Part shown: in pieces, positions 10,201 to 20,003 of the stretch
Layout: every line of letters starts with the position of its first letter
Position numbering within the stretch: position 1 is the stretch's first letter
NCBI GenBank assembly: GCA_036396115.1
Contig: DASWLN010000168.1
Coordinates: 3,362-67,361 of the forward strand
DNA length: 64,000 nt
Reading direction: 5' to 3'
Source: Candidatus Zixiibacteriota bacterium
Lineage (GTDB): Bacteria > Zixibacteria > MSB-5A5 > DASWLN01
Translations under genes and position numbers: made by a program
The notes under the pieces: generated by a model
Seen by the model: the letters and a program-made list of their open reading frames with translations, nothing else
What the model was told of the DNA's origin: nothing
Database searches by the model: none

Positions 10201-10365
10201 CTGGTAAGTCAAGGCAGATTTGATAATTACTCAATCTTTGAAAATCTTAAAATTAACTGAATACCTCAACTCGTTACATATTAAGGACTAAGTTGTGGGA
10301 GGGGTTGTCTTATCCTCCCTTTTGTTTTTCAGGTGAAATCAAAACCCAGTAATAATAGGTGAATC

Positions 10366-11223
10366 GTGAGCCTGTTGGGTGCGCATATGTCAATCTCAGG
10401 TGGGGTTTTCAATTCTTTATTGGAAGGTGAACAAGTAGGGTGCAATACCGTTCAGATATTCACTAAAAGTAGCAATCAGTGGCAAGCTAAGACATTGAGC
10501 GCGAATGAGATAGATAGATTTTATAAAGAGCAAGAAAGAACTAAAATAAACCCAGTTGTCGCGCATAATTCATATCTTATAAACTTAGGGTCTCCGGACA
10601 GAGGTCTATTAGAAAAATCAAGAGAATCGATGCTAATCGAATTGGGACGTTGTGGGAGATTGTCCATCCCCTATCTGGTGATACATCCTGGCTCGCACCT
10701 GGGAGATGGTGAGAAAAAAGGAATAAAAAGGATCGCTGATTCAATCAATTGGTTGTTGGGTAAGACTGCAAAAGATGAAGTGAAGATCGGATTAGAGACA
10801 ACTGCCGGCCAGGGCTCTAATATAGGTTATCGCTTTGAGCAATTAGCTGAGATAATGGGCTTAATCGAAGACAAAAAAAGAGTGGGAATCTGTTATGATA
10901 CTTGCCATACCTTTGCGGCTGGATATGATATAAGGAACAAGGAAAGTTATGAAAAAACTTGGAAAGAGTTTGATAGAATTCTGGGGACGAAAAATCTCTT
11001 GGCTATTCATATGAATGATTCCAAAAAAGGGTTGGGTTCAAAAATAGATAGGCATGAACATATTGGCAAAGGGGAGATCGGCTTGGCAGGTTTTAAACTT
11101 ATTATGAATGACCAAAGATGGGAGAACGTCCCCAAAATTTTGGAGACGCCCAAAAAAGAGGATAAACTCAAATTAGATAAGATGAATCTGGCAACTTTGA
11201 GAAGGTTGATAGTTAAGAAATAG
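10366..11223 (+). CDS. nfo: Endonuclease IV
   Basis: LGAHMSISGG, HNSYLINL, HPGSH, ETTAGQG, DTCH, HMNDSK, DRHEHIG, ILETP. Confidence 0.96.
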   Translation: MSLLGAHMSISGGVFNSLLEGEQVGCNTVQIFTKSSNQWQAKTLSANEIDRFYKEQERTKINPVVAHNSYLINLGSPDRGLLEKSRESMLIELGRCGRLSIPYLVIHPGSHLGDGEKKGIKRIADSINWLLGKTAKDEVKIGLETTAGQGSNIGYRFEQLAEIMGLIEDKKRVGICYDTCHTFAAGYDIRNKESYEKTWKEFDRILGTKNLLAIHMNDSKKGLGSKIDRHEHIGKGEIGLAGFKLIMNDQRWENVPKILETPKKEDKLKLDKMNLATLRRLIVKK

Positions 11224-11357
11224 TTTTGGAGTGCATCCCGCCGATGGTGGGATGCATGCATTGACACGGTCAATGCACTCCATAAATATTAGCGCGTAGG
11301 GCCGAAGTAAATCTATCGCCCGAAGAGTAGGAGACTATTGAAAAAGAATGTTTTGAC

Positions 11358-11531
11358 GGGGCTGACCCAAAAGGATCTTTTGATTCATTTAAACGTCTCT
11401 CGGCTGTCATTGCGAGGAGTCCCGATATCCATCGTGACGACGTGGCAATGCTGAATTAAGTTCAGGATCGCCACGCTCCCCCCGACAAGTCGGGGTCGCT
11501 CGCGATGACAATGGACTTATGGGTCAACCCC
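11358..11531. mobile_element. MITE-like element with 16-bp terminal inverted repeats enclosing a GTCATTGCGAG-family palindrome
   Basis: GGGGCTGACCCAAAAG / CTTATGGGTCAACCCC (14/16); related inverted copy at 63634-63843. Confidence 0.6.
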
Positions 11532-11577
11532 ACTACCCTATAAAAAATCTAATACTTAAGAACAGAAGGGATAAAAT

Positions 11578-13470
11578 ATGAAGAGAATTTGGTTTTTGCT
11601 TATCTTGGTTTTGTTTTTCTGGTGGAGAGGCTCTTATTCTATGGTTCTTTTGGATATAAAGGTGGAAGAGGGTAAGAAGGGGAAGGTGGAGAGTTTCAGC
11701 TTGATTGACCAGGGCACAGTCGAACTCTATGATTCACTTGAAACCTCAGCATTCTTGGGTAACTTCACCCTCTCAGCCCAGGCCGCAACTTTCGACAGCG
11801 TTAACTTGACGTTAGATCTGTCCCTTTTCACTTTGGGTCCAGATATTCAGAGTTACTTCAAAGAATATTTGCTCAAAACTGGAGAAGAAACTGTGCTGCC
11901 AGAGCTTAGGGTAAAGGATGATATCCTCTTCAGGGTAAAGATCACTCCTCATATAAAGGCTGAAGAGACAAATAGATGCAATTTGAATACCAAAGATGCG
12001 GAGACCTGGTATTCCGACCCCAGCACGCATTTCTATTATCACTACATTCTCGAAACTCTGCCGGACTACCACTGGAACACAAACAAAGGGGTGTTAGAGG
12101 ATTTTTATCATAGGATTTGGGATAGGTTCGGTTTTTGGGATCCTGACAAGATCGATTATTTTTTAGTCCCCTGCGAGCTTAAGGAGATATACTGGGATAA
12201 AAGGTATGGTCAGGGGCTCGATCCCACCAAAAGGAAAATCTACGTGATATATAATCAGAGCACGCGCAGCGTGGATGGGCCGGGAGTGGGGATGTTCTTG
12301 TTCTATAGATACTGGGGGTATGCGCCAGCTATGGTGGTGGAGGGAGCTACGGGAAATATCGGGCTGGCTCATTATCAAGCCCAAAAACTAAAAAAAAGAG
12401 GTATGCTTTTTAGCTTGAAAGAACTGGAAATCAGTAAAGATTACAAGTCCAAACCCAAGGAAATCGCTTTCTATCAAGCCAGCTCTTTTATAAAATATTT
12501 AGTTGATACTTACGGTTTGGGGAGGTTTAAGAAATTTTACGAAGAGGTTACGGATTTGACTTTTGAACAAGCCCTATTTAAGGTTTATGGGAAAAAGTTG
12601 CCTCAACTGGAAAAGGAATGGTTAGCATACCTTGATACTTTCAAAGAGTATGAGGCGAATTTGGTTTACTTCGTCACGCTTAAAACGCAATACCGACACT
12701 ACGCAGAGGCAATTGACCTTTTAAATGACCTCTTGGAGATGTCAGAAAACAAGGCTGGTTATTTGAGCGACCTGGCTGGCATCCATTATACCTTAGGAGA
12801 TTACGAGAAAGCAAAAGAGTACTACTTGAAGTTGTTGGATTTGAAGCCGGAAAACCCGCTTTTCATCTGTCTTTTGGGGAACACTTATAATCTTTTGGGA
12901 GATTATGGCCAGGCGGAAAGCTTGTATGTGAAAGCAATCGGGCTGGATACTAGTTACATAACCCCGCTTTTGAAGTTAGGCGAACTATATCTGGCAGAAG
13001 GGGAATACCAGAAGGGAAAGGAGCTTTTCGACAAGGGATTATCCAAGGGACCGGGCACAGAGGAAGCGGCTTTGCTTTTCTTAGGGTCAGCAGAGTGTAA
13101 GAAGAATTTGGGCCAGCCGGAAGAGGCACAGGAAGATTTGGAAAAAGGGCTTTACCAGTGCCAGGTTATGCTGAATAGTTTTCCTGAAAGGCCAGCTCCT
13201 TATTATTACAGTGGCAAGGTTTATCTGGCTATGGGATTTCCTGATACCGCAGCATATTACTTGGAAACAGCGGCCACACTGGAGGATATTCCTTATAGAC
13301 GGGGTAAAATTCTTTTGGACTTGGCTGGGGCTTACTCTGCAGTTGGGGATTTGGAATTAGCACAGAAGGCTTACCAGGAGATATTAGACATAAACTGTGG
13401 AGCAAGGGAAAAAGAGCAGGCGGAGAAGCTCTTGGCTCAACCCAAAGAAAGAAAGGAGGGTAGTAAATGA
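11578..13470 (+). CDS. Exported TPR protein with a peptidase MA-like central domain
   Basis: Signal-like N-terminus; YQASSFIKYLVDTYG..F..FY; multiple C-terminal TPRs; no HExxH seen. Confidence 0.7.
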   Translation: MKRIWFLLILVLFFWWRGSYSMVLLDIKVEEGKKGKVESFSLIDQGTVELYDSLETSAFLGNFTLSAQAATFDSVNLTLDLSLFTLGPDIQSYFKEYLLKTGEETVLPELRVKDDILFRVKITPHIKAEETNRCNLNTKDAETWYSDPSTHFYYHYILETLPDYHWNTNKGVLEDFYHRIWDRFGFWDPDKIDYFLVPCELKEIYWDKRYGQGLDPTKRKIYVIYNQSTRSVDGPGVGMFLFYRYWGYAPAMVVEGATGNIGLAHYQAQKLKKRGMLFSLKELEISKDYKSKPKEIAFYQASSFIKYLVDTYGLGRFKKFYEEVTDLTFEQALFKVYGKKLPQLEKEWLAYLDTFKEYEANLVYFVTLKTQYRHYAEAIDLLNDLLEMSENKAGYLSDLAGIHYTLGDYEKAKEYYLKLLDLKPENPLFICLLGNTYNLLGDYGQAESLYVKAIGLDTSYITPLLKLGELYLAEGEYQKGKELFDKGLSKGPGTEEAALLFLGSAECKKNLGQPEEAQEDLEKGLYQCQVMLNSFPERPAPYYYSGKVYLAMGFPDTAAYYLETAATLEDIPYRRGKILLDLAGAYSAVGDLELAQKAYQEILDINCGAREKEQAEKLLAQPKERKEGSK

Positions 13471-14054
13471 GGGTGTTAGCAATTAGTGGTAGTCCGGTGA
13501 ACGGCGGGAACGTGGAGGTATTGTTGGAAGAGATAAGCATGGGAGCAGAAAGCAGGGGAGCGAAATTCAGCTTAATTCACTTAAATGATTTAGAGATTCT
13601 ACCCTGTCAGGCTTGTGGCAAAAGCCTGGAACCAAACTTTTGCTTCTATGCGGATGGGATGGGATTAGTTTATGAAAAGTTATTGGCTTGCGATATTTTA
13701 GTCTTGGGCTCGCCCATCTATTTTGATTCTCTTTCTGCCCAGACTAAGCTTTTCATCGACCGCTGCAACTGTATAAGACCGATAGTTGAAACCCCTAAAG
13801 GAGATTTCATTTTCAAAAATAGATTCAAGAAACAAAGAAAGGGAGTAGCAGTTCTGGTGGGTGGAAAAAGGGGAAGGTTCGAAGGGGCTTTGACTGTCTT
13901 GAGAGGTTTTTTCAAGTGGGGGAATTTCAAGTTGGTGGATAGTCTGATTTATAAACATGATGATTGGGAGGTGGGAGGGGTAAAAAACAATAAAGAAGTG
14001 ATGAAGAGGGCTTTTGAGTTGGGGGAGGGGTTGGCACAAGGCAAGGCAAAGTAA
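13467..14054 (+). CDS. Flavodoxin-fold iron-sulfur flavoprotein / NADPH-dependent FMN reductase family
   Basis: ISGSP, PCQACGK...C, LGSPIYF..SAQTKLFIDR. Confidence 0.88.
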   Translation: MRVLAISGSPVNGGNVEVLLEEISMGAESRGAKFSLIHLNDLEILPCQACGKSLEPNFCFYADGMGLVYEKLLACDILVLGSPIYFDSLSAQTKLFIDRCNCIRPIVETPKGDFIFKNRFKKQRKGVAVLVGGKRGRFEGALTVLRGFFKWGNFKLVDSLIYKHDDWEVGGVKNNKEVMKRAFELGEGLAQGKAK

Positions 14055-14081
14055 AAGATTTTAATTTTTCTATGTTTAACT

Positions 14082-14441
14082 GTCAGGAGTAGCTCCTGAC
14101 AGAACAATAAAACCTATAACATTTATTGAAGGCGACATTCGCGAATGTCGCCTTCAAATATGTAGGGGCGTATTGCAATACGCCCCTATGCGCTCTACAT
14201 TTCTTGTTCGCATTTTGTTCATGCGGGAATTGGATTTCCCGCATGGCTTCAGGAAATAATCTCCCCTAACCCCTCTTTTTCAAAGAGGGGAACAGAATAA
14301 TCCCTCCCCCTTTAGCAAAGGGGGACTAATGGTTCGACATGCTCACCATCCTGAGCGAAGTCGAAGGAGGGGGATTTGAAAAAGACAAACACTTGCGTGC
14401 AGTAAAAAGATATTAACCTATTGGTCTAATTCCCGTATGAA
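14082..14441. repeat. Dense cluster of palindromic repeats between convergent genes
   Basis: GTCAGGAGTAGCTCCTGAC (cf. ~36297), GAAGGCGACATTCGCGAATGTCGCCTTC (cf. ~37583), GTAGGGGCGTATTGCAATACGCCCCTA, CCCCT..AGGGG family. Confidence 0.8.
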
Positions 14442-14470
14442 TGATAAGTCTAAGCGGGCTTCATAAACCG

Positions 14471-15484
14471 CTACATTTTTTGTTCGCACTTTTTCTTTAA
14501 ATTCTTTACCAATTCCAAATTATTTTTTTGCCTTTCCCTTAGTTTTTCATCCAAGGGATAGCTTAATATCTTTTCACACTCTTTTTGGCATTCCTCCATT
14601 TTTCCTAAATTGTAGAGGGCATTTGCCATTTTTGTCCTGCACTCGATTAGATTATAGTAATTTTTTGGCTGGCTTTTTTCTATTTTCACAAGAAGTTGGG
14701 AGTAGGAGGCATAAGCCCCTTCCCAATCACCACTTTGATATTGGGCGGAAGCCAAAGGCCATAAGAAAAGCTTCCCTTGAGGATACTTCTCACACATATC
14801 CTTGGAATGCATTACGGCTAAAGGATACCAGCCTTCATTGATATAGACCCAAATCAAAGCATTAGTTGCCGCTTCTTTGGAAAAGATGCTTTTTGTGGCG
14901 GCAATTTTCAAAAACTCTATCCCCTCTTTTCTTTTATCCCCCAAAAATGGAAGCCACTGAAAATTCTTGGTGACGATGCTACTCCAATAATAGTAGCTAC
15001 CCAAGCCCAAATAGGCGTCAGATAGCGTAGAATCCAAATCTATCGCTTTCTTCAAATTAGATTTAGCCCTTAAGCCATCTTTCAAGGCAGACCACAACTT
15101 GCCCCTTTTCCCCTCATAAACTGCTAAGTATCCATACGAGTTTCCTAAGAAAAGAGGGGCCCAGGCATCTTTTGGGTTGGCTTTGATTTTCTCTTTGCTA
15201 AGGTCAATACTCTTTTGGATATTTTGATGAAACCTCTTTTCCTCAAAATAATCTTCTTCATCCATCATCTTAACCTGCAGAACTGCAGCTAAGAAGAAAT
15301 ACCCTTCCGGCTCTTGAGAATAATCTTTTATAATTTGGCTAAAGCAACTTTCCGCTTGAAGAAAATTGTCACCAAGCGTGGCATCAATTCCCTGTAAAAT
15401 GGATTCCCTGGAGACTTGGGCAAAAGAGTAATTGATACCCAGAAGGAAAATTAAACAAAAAAGAAAGAAGGTCTTAAGGTTGAT
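14471..15484 (-). CDS. Exported TPR protein, tandem paralog of 15474..16490; true start probably non-canonical (~15484)
   Basis: Frame stays open upstream of ATG 15268 and encodes a signal peptide (KTFFLFCLIFLLGINYSFA-Q); shares YLGLGSY and WLPF.GDKRK.GIE with the paralog. Confidence 0.75.
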   Translation of the reverse strand: MNLKTFFLFCLIFLLGINYSFAQVSRESILQGIDATLGDNFLQAESCFSQIIKDYSQEPEGYFFLAAVLQVKMMDEEDYFEEKRFHQNIQKSIDLSKEKIKANPKDAWAPLFLGNSYGYLAVYEGKRGKLWSALKDGLRAKSNLKKAIDLDSTLSDAYLGLGSYYYWSSIVTKNFQWLPFLGDKRKEGIEFLKIAATKSIFSKEAATNALIWVYINEGWYPLAVMHSKDMCEKYPQGKLFLWPLASAQYQSGDWEGAYASYSQLLVKIEKSQPKNYYNLIECRTKMANALYNLGKMEECQKECEKILSYPLDEKLRERQKNNLELVKNLKKKCEQKM

Positions 15485-16490
15485 TATGCTGCTGAATGTT
15501 TTTCTTAATATCTTGGGCTTTTTGAATGAACTCTTTGATATGGTCGTCGGATTTCCCTTGGGTTTGATATTTCAAAATCTGGTCAATCTGCTCTAAGCAG
15601 TTAGCTTTGTCCCCCATTACCTGATAAAGATAGGCAATCCAATATTTTGTTTCCACCATACCACGAGGAGTGGAATACTTGGAAGCCCCAAAGGTCTTAA
15701 GCAAAGCCTGGTAGGTCTCTTGGGCATCTTTATACATCCCCTTTTTGATTTGAGTCTGACCCAAGAACCACAAAAGGAAAGGGTCATCCGGCTTTATCTT
15801 TTTTAAGTCCGGGCCAAGTGCTAATGCAGAATCATACTGTTGATTCTCCACATAGATTCTCAAAAGCCCATATTTCGCTTCATCTCGGGTGAACTTGCCC
15901 TTTTGGATAGCCAATTTGGTCTGCTCAATACCCAACTTTCGCTTATCCCCAAAAAAGGGAAGCCACCACAGCATTTTGGATTTGATGCTACGATAAAAAT
16001 TGTAAGCTCCCAAGCCAAAATAGATATCATAATAGGCGGAATCGGTCTCTACCCCCTTTTCCAAAATCTTTTTGGCTTTGCCCCCATCCCAAAAAGCTCC
16101 CCACCAATCTCCATTAAAAGACCGATAGATGCCGCGGTATCCGTAAGAGCCACCCAGATAAAGCAGGTCCTCGGCCGTGTAATTCCCCCTCTTCATCCTC
16201 TCCTCACCCTTTTGTATAGCTAAATTAATATATTTCTCAAACTCCCCTCGATAGGATTGGTTTCGGTAGTCATCAATGATAGATACAAAAGAAACGGCAA
16301 CATACATATATCCGCCGGCATCATCCGGATTAAGTTGTATAAGTTTCTTGAACTCTGCTATCCCCTCATCGAATTTGTCCTGATGTATATAGTCTATTCC
16401 CGCAAAGATTATGCTGTCCCTGTCCTCGGCATATAGGGTAAAAGGGTAGAGAAATAGAAATAAAAGAATGGCTAATATTTTTGATTTCAT
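15474..16490 (-). CDS. Exported TPR protein
   Basis: Signal peptide; TPR helices; YFGLGAYNF, WWLPFFGDKRKLGIE. Confidence 0.8.
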   Translation of the reverse strand: MKSKILAILLFLFLYPFTLYAEDRDSIIFAGIDYIHQDKFDEGIAEFKKLIQLNPDDAGGYMYVAVSFVSIIDDYRNQSYRGEFEKYINLAIQKGEERMKRGNYTAEDLLYLGGSYGYRGIYRSFNGDWWGAFWDGGKAKKILEKGVETDSAYYDIYFGLGAYNFYRSIKSKMLWWLPFFGDKRKLGIEQTKLAIQKGKFTRDEAKYGLLRIYVENQQYDSALALGPDLKKIKPDDPFLLWFLGQTQIKKGMYKDAQETYQALLKTFGASKYSTPRGMVETKYWIAYLYQVMGDKANCLEQIDQILKYQTQGKSDDHIKEFIQKAQDIKKNIQQHNQP

Positions 16491-16494
16491 ATCT

Positions 16495-17472
16495 TTAACC
16501 AGTAAATTTTCGTCTCAAGCTTTCCCCTGTTTTCTCCAAAGGATGAGAAGAGACCTGTTTTTTTATTTTTACGTAATTTTTCATTCCAGCTTTATATTCC
16601 CTAATCCATTTTCTGGCGAAAGCCCCATTTTTTATTTCGGCTAAAACCTTTCTCATATTTTGTTTAACTTTATCATCTATTACCCTTTTCCCTGACAAAT
16701 AGGAGCCGTATTCTGCGGTCTTGCTTATGCGATTATACATTCCACTGATACCATAAGATTTAATCAAATTCACAATAAAATCCAATTGATGAACACATTC
16801 AAGATAGGCATTTCCCTCGGGTAGTCCAGCCTGGACCAAGACCTCAAATCCTTTCTTCAAAAGTTCAGTTAATCCTCCACAAAGAACGGCTTGCTCACCA
16901 AATATATCCCCAATGGCTTCATCTCTGAAAGTTGTCCATAAGACGCCTGCTTTGGTTAAGCCAATTCCTTTGGCATAAGCCAAAACAAGCTTTTTGGCTT
17001 GTCCGGTGTAATCCTGATAAACCCCGACAAAACCTGTCACCCCTGTTTTGTTTTTATAATTTTCCCTTAAGATTTTTCCAGGGGAATGGGGGGCGACCAA
17101 TATTACATCTACATTTTTGGGAGGATGAATAAGTTTGAAGTGAATGCTAAATCCGTGGGCAAATAATAGAGTTTTGCCGAGGGGCAGGTATTTTTGTATT
17201 TTCGAAAAAACTTCTGGATGAGTATGGTCGGGAATTAAAAAAGAGATGATGTCACTTTCTTGAACCGCCTTTTCAATAGACAAAACTTCAAAACCATCTT
17301 TTTGGGCTAATTTGTTGTTTTTGCTTTTTGCCCTTAAGCCGATAATTACTTTACATCCACTATCCTTCAAATTGGCTGCCTGTGCCCTTCCCTGACTCCC
17401 ATAGCCCAAGATGCCAATGGTTTTATCTTTCAGATATTTTAAATTTGCGTTTTTGTCTTTGTAGATTTTCAA
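16495..17472 (-). CDS. ilvC: Ketol-acid reductoisomerase
   Basis: GYGSQGRAQA, FAHGFSIH, DIFGEQAVLCGG, SKTAEYG. Confidence 0.96.
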   Translation of the reverse strand: MKIYKDKNANLKYLKDKTIGILGYGSQGRAQAANLKDSGCKVIIGLRAKSKNNKLAQKDGFEVLSIEKAVQESDIISFLIPDHTHPEVFSKIQKYLPLGKTLLFAHGFSIHFKLIHPPKNVDVILVAPHSPGKILRENYKNKTGVTGFVGVYQDYTGQAKKLVLAYAKGIGLTKAGVLWTTFRDEAIGDIFGEQAVLCGGLTELLKKGFEVLVQAGLPEGNAYLECVHQLDFIVNLIKSYGISGMYNRISKTAEYGSYLSGKRVIDDKVKQNMRKVLAEIKNGAFARKWIREYKAGMKNYVKIKKQVSSHPLEKTGESLRRKFTG

Positions 17473-17546
17473 ATACTTTCTCCATCCAGCTTTCTTCTTA
17501 TCGCTATCACTTAATCCTCTTTTAATCTCACCCGAAGACCGTTTGC

Positions 17547-18009
17547 TGTCATTGCGAGTCCGTAGGACAAAGCAATCTTGATGTTATAAATTGTCATATA
17601 AGTCTTCCCATTCCGGATTCATCTTGGTTATCATTGCGACCTTCTTTGTTCTCGAACCACCTTTAATCTGCTTTTCTCTGGTAATAGCATACTTGATATC
17701 GTTGGAAACCTCATAATATACTAACTTTGTAATATTATACTTCTTTGTGAAACCTTCAATCAACTTCTTTTTATGCTCATAAATCCTTTTTTTGAGATCG
17801 TTAGTTACCCCCGTATAAATTACTCTATTGTTCTGATTTGCTATTATGTAAACATAATATTCTTTTGTCATATTCCATAGAGATTGCTTCGTTGTTGAAG
17901 CCGCCTAAAAACGCCCTGCTTCATCATTATGTCATTGCGAGCGACCGCAGGGAGCGTGGTCCCGCCAACGGCGGGACTTCGTGATCGGTATGGACTCCTC
18001 GCAATGACA
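17547..18009. mobile_element. GTCATTGCGAG-family palindromic element carrying a GIY-YIG gene between its arms
   Basis: Left arm TGTCATTGCGAG..AGCAATCT 17547-17578; right part GAGATTGCTTCG (17880) ... CTCGCAATGACA (18009). Confidence 0.65.
17584..17871 (-). CDS. Small GIY-YIG nuclease family protein
   Basis: YYVYI...IYTGVTNDLKKRIYEH, AITREKQIKG, NPEWEDL. Confidence 0.92.
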   Translation of the reverse strand: MTKEYYVYIIANQNNRVIYTGVTNDLKKRIYEHKKKLIEGFTKKYNITKLVYYEVSNDIKYAITREKQIKGGSRTKKVAMITKMNPEWEDLYDNL

Positions 18010-18097
18010 GATTGAGAGGTAGTCGCCTTTAGCTTCGTAGATCAGGTGCCCTAAAGTACCTGACACTCTTCCCTACTTTTTTTAAATCCTCTCTTCA

Positions 18098-19486
18098 CTA
18101 ACCATCATCTTCCCCCTTATCTAATCCTCTTCTCTTCCTTTCCCACCACTCCATCCTCTTTTTAATTTCCTTCTCAAAACCAAACTCAGAAGGGGAATAA
18201 TATTTTCTGTTCTTAAGATTCTCTGGAAGATAGTCTTGATTTACGAAGTGGTCGGGGAAGCTATGGGGATATTTGTAATCTTTTCCATAACCGAGCTTTT
18301 TCATCAAGTCAGTTGGCGCATTTCTTATGTGCAAAGGAACTGGCAGGGCTTGGTGTTTTTGAATGTCCTCCTGCACAAGGCCAAATGCCCTATAAATGGC
18401 ATTGCTTTTGGGTGCAGTTGCTAAATACACAACTGCCTGGGCTAAAGCCAATTCCCCTTCAGGTGTTCCCAAAAAATGGTAAGCCTCTTTTGCCGCAATA
18501 GTTATCTGTAATGCCTGCGGGTCAGCATTGCCGATATCCTCTGAAGCGAAACGGACCAATCTGCGAGCGATATATAAAGGGTCCTCTCCGCCTGCTAACA
18601 TCCTTCCCAGCCAATAGAGCGAAGCATCAACGTCCGAGCCCCTTAAGCTCTTATGCAAAGCGGAGATTATATTGTAATGCTCCTCCCCGGCTTTATCATA
18701 AAGCAAAATCTTTTTCTGCATCACCTCTTGAGCGATTTCTAAAGTTATTTTTCTGGTTTGGTCTTTTTTATCCGGCTTGGTGGTCAGCACCGCAAATTCC
18801 AAAGCAGAAAGTGCCACCCGCGCATCACCATTTGAGGTTTGGACAATATATTCCAAAGCATCTGTGGAGAGTTTCACCTTGAAATTGCCCAACCCCCTTT
18901 GGTTATCTTCTAATGCCCTCTTCGAAATTAGCTCAACCTGCTCTAGTGTTAAAGAATTCAGGGTATAAACCTTACAGCGGGACAAGAGGGGAGAGATGAC
19001 TTCAAATGATGGATTTTCAGTTGTAGCGCCAATCAAGGTGATATTTCCCTTTTCAACATGCGGCAAAAACGCATCCTGTTGGGCTTTATTGAACCTGTGA
19101 ATCTCATCCACAAAGAGGATAGTTTTTTTACCGTAGAAATTCCTTTGTTTTGTGGCTTCATTCATCACGTCTTTTATTTCCTTTATGCCGGAAGTCACTG
19201 CGGAGAAGGGAATGAAATGAGCATCGGCTGTTTTGGCGATAACATGGGCTAAGGTTGTTTTTCCGCTTCCCGGTGGTCCCCAGAGGATAATGGATTGTAT
19301 CTTATCTTCTAAGATCGCCCTTCTTAAGGGAGAGTCTTTGCCCAGGATATGTTCCTGACCAACCAACTCATCCAAATTTTGTGGCCTCATCCTGTCAGCC
19401 AAAGGCCCCTTTGGTATTTTGGCTTTGAGTTTTTCTTCTTCAAAAAGGTCAGATTTTTCCTTATTCATATTGATCAAAATACTCAC
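18098..19486 (-). CDS. rarA: Replication-associated recombination protein A (RarA/MgsA); start may be ATG 19468
   Basis: PLADRMRP, WGPPGSGKTT, FVDEIHRF, GATTENPSF, SEDIGNADP. Confidence 0.96.
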   Translation of the reverse strand: MSILINMNKEKSDLFEEEKLKAKIPKGPLADRMRPQNLDELVGQEHILGKDSPLRRAILEDKIQSIILWGPPGSGKTTLAHVIAKTADAHFIPFSAVTSGIKEIKDVMNEATKQRNFYGKKTILFVDEIHRFNKAQQDAFLPHVEKGNITLIGATTENPSFEVISPLLSRCKVYTLNSLTLEQVELISKRALEDNQRGLGNFKVKLSTDALEYIVQTSNGDARVALSALEFAVLTTKPDKKDQTRKITLEIAQEVMQKKILLYDKAGEEHYNIISALHKSLRGSDVDASLYWLGRMLAGGEDPLYIARRLVRFASEDIGNADPQALQITIAAKEAYHFLGTPEGELALAQAVVYLATAPKSNAIYRAFGLVQEDIQKHQALPVPLHIRNAPTDLMKKLGYGKDYKYPHSFPDHFVNQDYLPENLKNRKYYSPSEFGFEKEIKKRMEWWERKRRGLDKGEDDG

Positions 19487-19548
19487 TTTGGAGAGTATTT
19501 ACAAGATAAAAATTCAACCTACTACCATAACCAACACCCTAGGGTTTC

Positions 19549-19950
19549 TGTAGGGGTTCGCCTGCCCGGCCAGGGATTTGCACAGCATCTTGACGACATC
19601 GAGTCCACCGGTCGCACCAGAGAACCTAGCCCCCTGTTGTCCCCCTTATCAGGGGGATTGTGTCGCACCCTAAAGGACATACTCTTGTCATTCTGACTCC
19701 GCCTTGGCGGGGGAAGAATCTAATGGTTTCGATAAGTTAGAAAATCGAGATTCTTCGCCCCGATAAATCGGGACTCAGAATGACATTATGACATGGCTTC
19801 AGGGGCACAGGAAGCGTTCCTCCCCTGATAAGGGGAGGTTAGGAGGGGTTTATGCGACCCAAAGAGCCTTTGTCATTGCGAGCGCTAGCGAAGCAATCTG
19901 AAGTAATCTCGGGATTGCTTCGTCGTCCATATGGACTCCTCGCAATGACA
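19549..19950. repeat. Nested palindromic repeat cluster (GTAG, CCCCT..AGGGG, GTCATTC..GAATGAC and GTCATTGCGAG families)
   Basis: GTCATTCTGA...TCAGAATGAC ~19687-19783; GTCATTGCGAG...CTCGCAATGAC 19872-19949. Confidence 0.8.
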
Positions 19951-20003
19951 GATTGTTAAGCCAGCAATTCAATTGCCGATAATTTTTGTAAAGGGAGGTA
20001 AAT

